From: a virus
DNA: 64,000 nt
Reading direction: 5' to 3' (one strand)
IMG/VR virus record: IMGVR_UViG_3300042503_001836
Coordinates: 54,554 to 118,553 of that record
In this document: positions 59,193 through 64,000 of the stretch, in pieces
Numbering within the stretch: the first letter of the stretch is position 1
Layout: every line of letters starts with the position of its first letter
Made by a program: the position numbers and the translations under genes
Notes under the pieces: generated by a model
What the model saw: only the letters and a program-made list of their open reading frames with translations
Databases searched by the model: none
What the model was told of the DNA's origin: nothing

Positions 59193-60542
59193 TTAGGCTG
59201 CTACTTTAATTTGTCCCGTAACTGCTGCTGTAATTAGTGCTGTGCGTCGTTCTTGTAAAAGTTCGATAGTATTCTTAGTCACTGAGTCTAATTTAGATAA
59301 TTGAGAGCTATATTTTTGAATAGATTGAATTAATTTTTCTTGCTCATCTTGAGGTGGTAGAGGAATCCAAAAATTACCTATATCTTCAAAAGTTAAACCT
59401 TCACGAGAAATTCCCTCTTGATTCAGAAACACTTGCGTTTGTCCCACGTTACTAGCTAATACAGCATTAAGGTAATCTGATTTAATAGTTTTAAAGTTTG
59501 GTCGAATAATACAAACGTGCTGATTAACATTACCTTGTGATATATCTTCTGGAACTACACAACATCTTCCAATAGATGCGCCTGTTATATTAATTAGCAC
59601 ATCATACGGTTGAACGCGACTACTTGACATTTCAGCATCAATTTCTTCTGTAATATAGACAAGTTCACTAATAACTAACCCTGTAAATAGAACATTTTGG
59701 CTTCTTATAAGTGGAATACCTTCTGTTAGATAAATTTCTGATCCGCCTTTAGGAGTTTTCCCACTACCTATTTTTTCTGTAATTTGTTTCAATTTCACTA
59801 TATCCCAATGTTTGGGTATTTTACCTATATATTCAACACCAGAATCACGCATAGGAACATCAGGATTTAACCCACAAGTGATAACATTAGTAATTAAGGA
59901 TTGACGCTTTTCTGTTAGTAAATCAAGCAGACGTTCTTTAGCTGAAATAAGTTTGTCTATTTTGACAGTTTCATGATCAAGATAATTTGCGATCGCACGT
60001 TGTTCAGAAAGTGAAGGTAGCGGAATTAAAACTTCACCATATTTCTCCGCACTAAAGTTTTGAATAGTAGCTTGGATTGTACCTTTATGTATTTGTGTCC
60101 AGTAAATATTAGATTGCGTGAAAAAAAATAAAAAATCAGGAATCAGTAAATTATAATTACAGCGAAAACGAATTAAATAGCCTGCAAAACAGGCTTTACC
60201 CCATTCTTTTCGGTAAATAAATGTTTTACCAACAGTTGCACCACTTCTTGCAAGTAAAATATCGCTTTCTTGCAGCAAATATGGTTCAGCAACTTGGGGT
60301 GGCAATGATTTAAAAGTTTCTGAACGCAATGAGCTATCTTCCTTAATATCTGTGATACGTATAAATCTAGGGAAGTTAGGATCATCTTCTAGAGCAGCTT
60401 CATTTGCACCGTAGGCTAAAGGTTCATTGGTTAAATATTTTAATTTTACCATATTCCAAACGATTGGAATATTTTGAAACCAATCAAAATCGGAACTATG
60501 AAAGCGAGTCTCACACGAATTAAATGTATTAGAAATGCTCAA
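59193..60542 (-). CDS. hsdS: Type I restriction-modification specificity subunit
   Basis: Two TRDs; PLPSLSEQRAI, IPKHWDIV, LQERRTALITAAVTG. Confidence 0.95.
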   Translation of the reverse strand: MSISNTFNSCETRFHSSDFDWFQNIPIVWNMVKLKYLTNEPLAYGANEAALEDDPNFPRFIRITDIKEDSSLRSETFKSLPPQVAEPYLLQESDILLARSGATVGKTFIYRKEWGKACFAGYLIRFRCNYNLLIPDFLFFFTQSNIYWTQIHKGTIQATIQNFSAEKYGEVLIPLPSLSEQRAIANYLDHETVKIDKLISAKERLLDLLTEKRQSLITNVITCGLNPDVPMRDSGVEYIGKIPKHWDIVKLKQITEKIGSGKTPKGGSEIYLTEGIPLIRSQNVLFTGLVISELVYITEEIDAEMSSSRVQPYDVLINITGASIGRCCVVPEDISQGNVNQHVCIIRPNFKTIKSDYLNAVLASNVGQTQVFLNQEGISREGLTFEDIGNFWIPLPPQDEQEKLIQSIQKYSSQLSKLDSVTKNTIELLQERRTALITAAVTGQIKVAA

Positions 60543-62560
60543 ATTATCACCTCATGAAGCAAACGCATAAACTCTTCCTCCATGCGTTTGATATCAGCAT
60601 CAATTTCAGCCAAAGATCGCGGAGGAGTGTACTTATAAAAATGCCGATTAAAATTAATCTCATAAGCACTGCGAATTTTTTCACCATCTGCCCAAGCATC
60701 ATTTACGTGCGGTTCAACCTCACGACAAAAATAATCCACAATTTCATTTGTCAAAGAGATATTTTCAAAATCCCTTAATTGTGTATCTGGCTCATACATC
60801 CGCTCTACCTTGCCCTTGGCATCTCTAAACCAACCCCAAACACGGGCATTAGGTTCATTAGTAGCTTTACGTTCCTTGAAAATAACCCTCTCAGCTTCTA
60901 CATTACGCTCTGTAAACACATCTCTAAACAGCTTGCTTTCTGCCTTTTTCCACTTACTACCACGCTGCTTAATTAAAGCATTCATCAACTTATCAAACTC
61001 ACTCCAATTAGGACGGGGTTCTCTTCCTAACTCTCTATCTATTGCTTGTACATCATCTAACAAGTGAGGAACAGCATCTAAAAATCTGCTTTTGCGTTCT
61101 ACATCCATTTGGTAAAGCAAACGTAACGGTCTTTCAATGGGAACACGATGATAACCAAAATCTTCATTATCAAAAATCTTGCTGGTTTCACTTTCCTCAA
61201 ATTCCCCATAGTCGCGCACCACAGCCGCAATATCTTCTTCACCCATATAACGGCGTTTATCCCCCAAACTGCGGCGCATAGGTAGCCAACGAGAGCGAGA
61301 ATCTATTAATTGAATCTTGCCTTTACGGTGTTTTTGCTTGCGATTAGTAACAATCCAAATATAAGTACCAATTCCAGTGTTATAAAACATTTGCTCTGGT
61401 AAAGCTATAATCGCCTCTAACCAATCATTTTCAATAATCCATTTACGAATTTCACTTTCACCACTACCCGCACCACCAGTAAACAAAGGTGAACCATTGA
61501 AAACAATAGCCAAACGTGAGCCATTTTTCCCCGCTTCCGGTTGATATGGCTCAAACTTACTAATCATGTGCTGTAAGAATAGCAAAGAACCATCATTAAC
61601 TCGTGGTGTACCTGCGCCAAACCTACCAGCAAAACCAAATTTTTCGCTTTCCCGTTGTACTTCTTTTTGTTGCCGTTTCCAGTCCACACCAAAGGGGGGA
61701 TTAGCTAAAAAATAATCAAAATGTTCACCAGAATATTGATCATTAATTAATGAATCACCATAACGAATATCACTTTTTTCATTACTTTTTAATAACAAAT
61801 CTGAAGCAGCAATAGCATAAGCACGGGGGTTAAAATCCTGCCCAAATACATATAATGTTGCAGTTTTATGGTGTTCACGCAAATAAGTTTGGGCTTCTGC
61901 CAACATTCCACCAGTACCACAAGTTGGATCAAGGAGTTTGCGAATAATCCCCGGTTGAGTCAAAATATCATCATCAGGATCAAATAAAATATCCACCATC
62001 AAGCGAATCACTTCTCGTGGTGTAAAGTGATCACCTGCTGTTTCATTAGCTGCTTCATTAAATCTGCGGATTAAATCTTCAAATAACAACCCCATCCCGA
62101 TATTATCAACAGCATCAGGATGGAGATTAACATCACAAAATTTAGATACAACGAGATAGAGAATATTAGCCTCGCGCATCTTCTCAATTTCGGCAGGAAA
62201 CTCAAATTTCTCGAAAATTTCGTAAACGTTTTTTGAGAAACCTTTAATGTAGCTAATGAGATGTTGATCTATATTGTCAGGATCACCTTTAAGCTGCTCA
62301 AAATTAAGTTCTGAACGATTATGAAACCGTTGTTTTGCTACGGCATTTAGCCTTGCATCTAGGGCATCACCCGTGAGTGTATCCTTCCGCTTGTGATATT
62401 CTGCTAATACTTGGGGTTTAGTTGAAGCAAGCACACAGTCAAAGCGACGCAACACCGTCATTGGTAACATTGCACGCTCGTATTGCGGTGGCCGATAAGG
62501 ACCACGTAACAAGTCAGCAATTTGCCAAATGAAGTTGGAGAGTTGGTGATGGTCTGTCAT
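60539..62560 (-). CDS. hsdM: Type I restriction-modification methyltransferase subunit
   Basis: FIWQIADLLRG, FTPREVI, DPTCGTGGML, NPPFG. Confidence 0.97.
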   Translation of the reverse strand: MTDHHQLSNFIWQIADLLRGPYRPPQYERAMLPMTVLRRFDCVLASTKPQVLAEYHKRKDTLTGDALDARLNAVAKQRFHNRSELNFEQLKGDPDNIDQHLISYIKGFSKNVYEIFEKFEFPAEIEKMREANILYLVVSKFCDVNLHPDAVDNIGMGLLFEDLIRRFNEAANETAGDHFTPREVIRLMVDILFDPDDDILTQPGIIRKLLDPTCGTGGMLAEAQTYLREHHKTATLYVFGQDFNPRAYAIAASDLLLKSNEKSDIRYGDSLINDQYSGEHFDYFLANPPFGVDWKRQQKEVQRESEKFGFAGRFGAGTPRVNDGSLLFLQHMISKFEPYQPEAGKNGSRLAIVFNGSPLFTGGAGSGESEIRKWIIENDWLEAIIALPEQMFYNTGIGTYIWIVTNRKQKHRKGKIQLIDSRSRWLPMRRSLGDKRRYMGEEDIAAVVRDYGEFEESETSKIFDNEDFGYHRVPIERPLRLLYQMDVERKSRFLDAVPHLLDDVQAIDRELGREPRPNWSEFDKLMNALIKQRGSKWKKAESKLFRDVFTERNVEAERVIFKERKATNEPNARVWGWFRDAKGKVERMYEPDTQLRDFENISLTNEIVDYFCREVEPHVNDAWADGEKIRSAYEINFNRHFYKYTPPRSLAEIDADIKRMEEEFMRLLHEVII

Positions 62561-62669
62561 GTGCGTCTGTTGTTGATCTACCTATTATATCTACTTTTTA
62601 GGTAAGCAGAGCATAATAATAAAACAGATTGCACAGGTAAAGTCACTCTGTCAACAGTGGGGGTATAGT

Positions 62670-62696
62670 GGGATGCGGGATGCGGGATGCGATCGC
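62670..62696. repeat. Heptamer tandem repeat (GGGATGC)x3 running into a HIP1 site
   Basis: Direct reading; STRR-like. Confidence 0.7.
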
Positions 62697-62720
62697 TCAC
62701 TTCACTATAAGCATAACCCT

Positions 62721-62894
62721 TTAACTCCCCTGTGACTTACCACCAGCAGGGGAATCTTTTTTTTGCAACCAATCTTTTATGGCCTCTTCTAAAGCCGCAG
62801 TTTGCGTCATTTCCAGCCGCGCACAGGCAATTTCAAAGGCGATTTTTATGTCTTTAGGGACTCTTCCCCTAACTTCTCTAGTTTCTTCTGTCAT
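62721..62894 (-). CDS. Ribbon-helix-helix (Arc/ParG-like) repressor divergent from cas12k
   Basis: EVRGRVPKDIKIAFEIACARLEMTQTAALEEAIKDWL; position typical of V-K CAST regulators; likely start MTEETREV. Confidence 0.8.
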   Translation of the reverse strand: MTEETREVRGRVPKDIKIAFEIACARLEMTQTAALEEAIKDWLQKKDSPAGGKSQGS

Positions 62895-62956
62895 CCTAAT
62901 TTTAAAGCCCAAGCTTGCGGTTTTTATTTTTGCACAGTCTTTGAGAAAAAAATCAT

Positions 62957-62992
62957 TTGCGCTATTGCGTCATTACGTCATTGCGCTATAAT
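62957..62992 (+). promoter_or_regulatory. cas12k promoter overlapped by four tandem 8-bp repeats
   Basis: TTGCGCTA-TTGCGTCA-TTACGTCA-TTGCGCTA running into TATAAT at 62987-62992. Confidence 0.75.
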
Positions 62993-63020
62993 TAGGGAAG
63001 GTAAAAAAATCAAAGACACT

Positions 63021-64000
63021 ATGAGCGTTATTACAATTCAATGTCGCTTAGTTGCTGATGAAAGCAGCCTCCGTCAACTATGGGAATTGATGACTGAAAA
63101 AAATACACCATTCATCAATGAAATATTGCTACAGATAGGAAAACACCCAGAATTTGAAACTTGGCTAGAAAAAGGTAGGATACCTGCTGAATTACTCAAA
63201 ACACTGGGTAATTCCCTCAAATCTCAAGAACCTTTTACTGAACAACCTGGACGTTTTTACACCTCAGCGATTACCTTAGTGGATTATCTGTATAAATCCT
63301 GGTTCGCTTTACAGAAACGCAGAAAGAACCAAATAGAAGGGAAACAGCGTTGGCTAAAAATGCTCAAAAGTGATCAAGAACTAGAACAAGAAAGTCAATC
63401 TAGTTTAGAAGTAATCCGTACTAAAGCTAGTGAACTTATCACTAAATTTGCACCTCAGTCAGATAGCGAAGCGCTCCGTAGGAATCAAAATGACAACCAG
63501 AAAAAGGGAAAAAAGACTAAAAAATCCACAAAATCTAAAACATCTTCCATTTTCAAAATTCTTTTAAACACTTACGAAGAAACAGAAGATATTCTTACTC
63601 GTTGCGCTCTTGCATATCTACTCAAAAATAACTGTCAAATTAGTGAAGTGGATGAAAAACCAGAAGAATTTACCAGAAATAAGCGTAGAAAAGAAATAGA
63701 AATTGAACGCCTAAAAGATCAACTCCAAAGTCGCATTCCTAAAGGTAGAGATTTGACAGGAGAAGAATGGTTAGAAACTTTAAAAGTTGCTACTTTCAAT
63801 GTTCCGCAAAATGAAAATGAAGCAAAGGCATGGCAAGCAGCACTTTTAAGAAAAACTGCTAATGTTCCCTTTCCTGTAGCTTATGAATCTAACGAGGATA
63901 TGACATGGTTAAAAAATGATAAGAATCGTCTCTTTGTGCGGTTCAATGGCTTGGGAAAACTTACTTTTGAGATTTACTGCGATAAGCGTCATTTGCACTA
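63021..64000 (+). CDS. cas12k: Type V-K CRISPR effector Cas12k (partial, runs off right edge)
   Basis: Manual translation MSVITIQCRLVADESSLRQLWELMTEKNTPFINE..QPGRFYTSA..RCALAYLLKN..SRIPKGRDLT..PFPVAYESNEDMTW..FEIYCDKRHL. Confidence 0.95.
   Translation, partial: MSVITIQCRLVADESSLRQLWELMTEKNTPFINEILLQIGKHPEFETWLEKGRIPAELLKTLGNSLKSQEPFTEQPGRFYTSAITLVDYLYKSWFALQKRRKNQIEGKQRWLKMLKSDQELEQESQSSLEVIRTKASELITKFAPQSDSEALRRNQNDNQKKGKKTKKSTKSKTSSIFKILLNTYEETEDILTRCALAYLLKNNCQISEVDEKPEEFTRNKRRKEIEIERLKDQLQSRIPKGRDLTGEEWLETLKVATFNVPQNENEAKAWQAALLRKTANVPFPVAYESNEDMTWLKNDKNRLFVRFNGLGKLTFEIYCDKRHLH

Noticed and set aside
1-64000. tRNA/rRNA genes, integrase, stand-alone endolysin, hsdR, tns genes
   Set aside because: None recognisable in this window; they may lie outside it

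Overview
AT-rich cyanobacterial DNA (about 10 HIP1 GCGATCGC sites, one STRR-like heptamer run). Bases 1 to about 58,650 are a large lambda-like (siphoviral) prophage or phage-plasmid that runs off the left edge. It carries tail-tip genes L/J/I/K, three tandem tail-fibre tip cassettes, two gpM-like fusion proteins, a 5050-aa tape measure protein with three peptidoglycan-hydrolase domains, a tail chaperone with a predicted -1 frameshift, head genes, an intein-containing terminase, an array of promoter-gene-terminator mini-cassettes sharing one operator, a split ParB/methyltransferase plus PLP-enzyme locus, and a CyRepA1-like primase-helicase. The phage DNA joins, inside a truncated ABC/AAA ATPase gene, to a type I R-M operon (hsdS, hsdM) next to an RHH repressor and cas12k, which points to the cargo of a type V-K CRISPR-associated transposon. 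The most unusual signal is at 1.7-3.2 kb: a promoter-driven, ORF-free, roughly 850-nt hairpin-rich RNA on the minus strand with an embedded 37-nt CRISPR-like repeat. A second solitary copy of that repeat lies just upstream, behind a small orphan gene (candidate RNA anti-CRISPR or large phage ncRNA system). All calls come from reading the sequence; no searches or folding were run.
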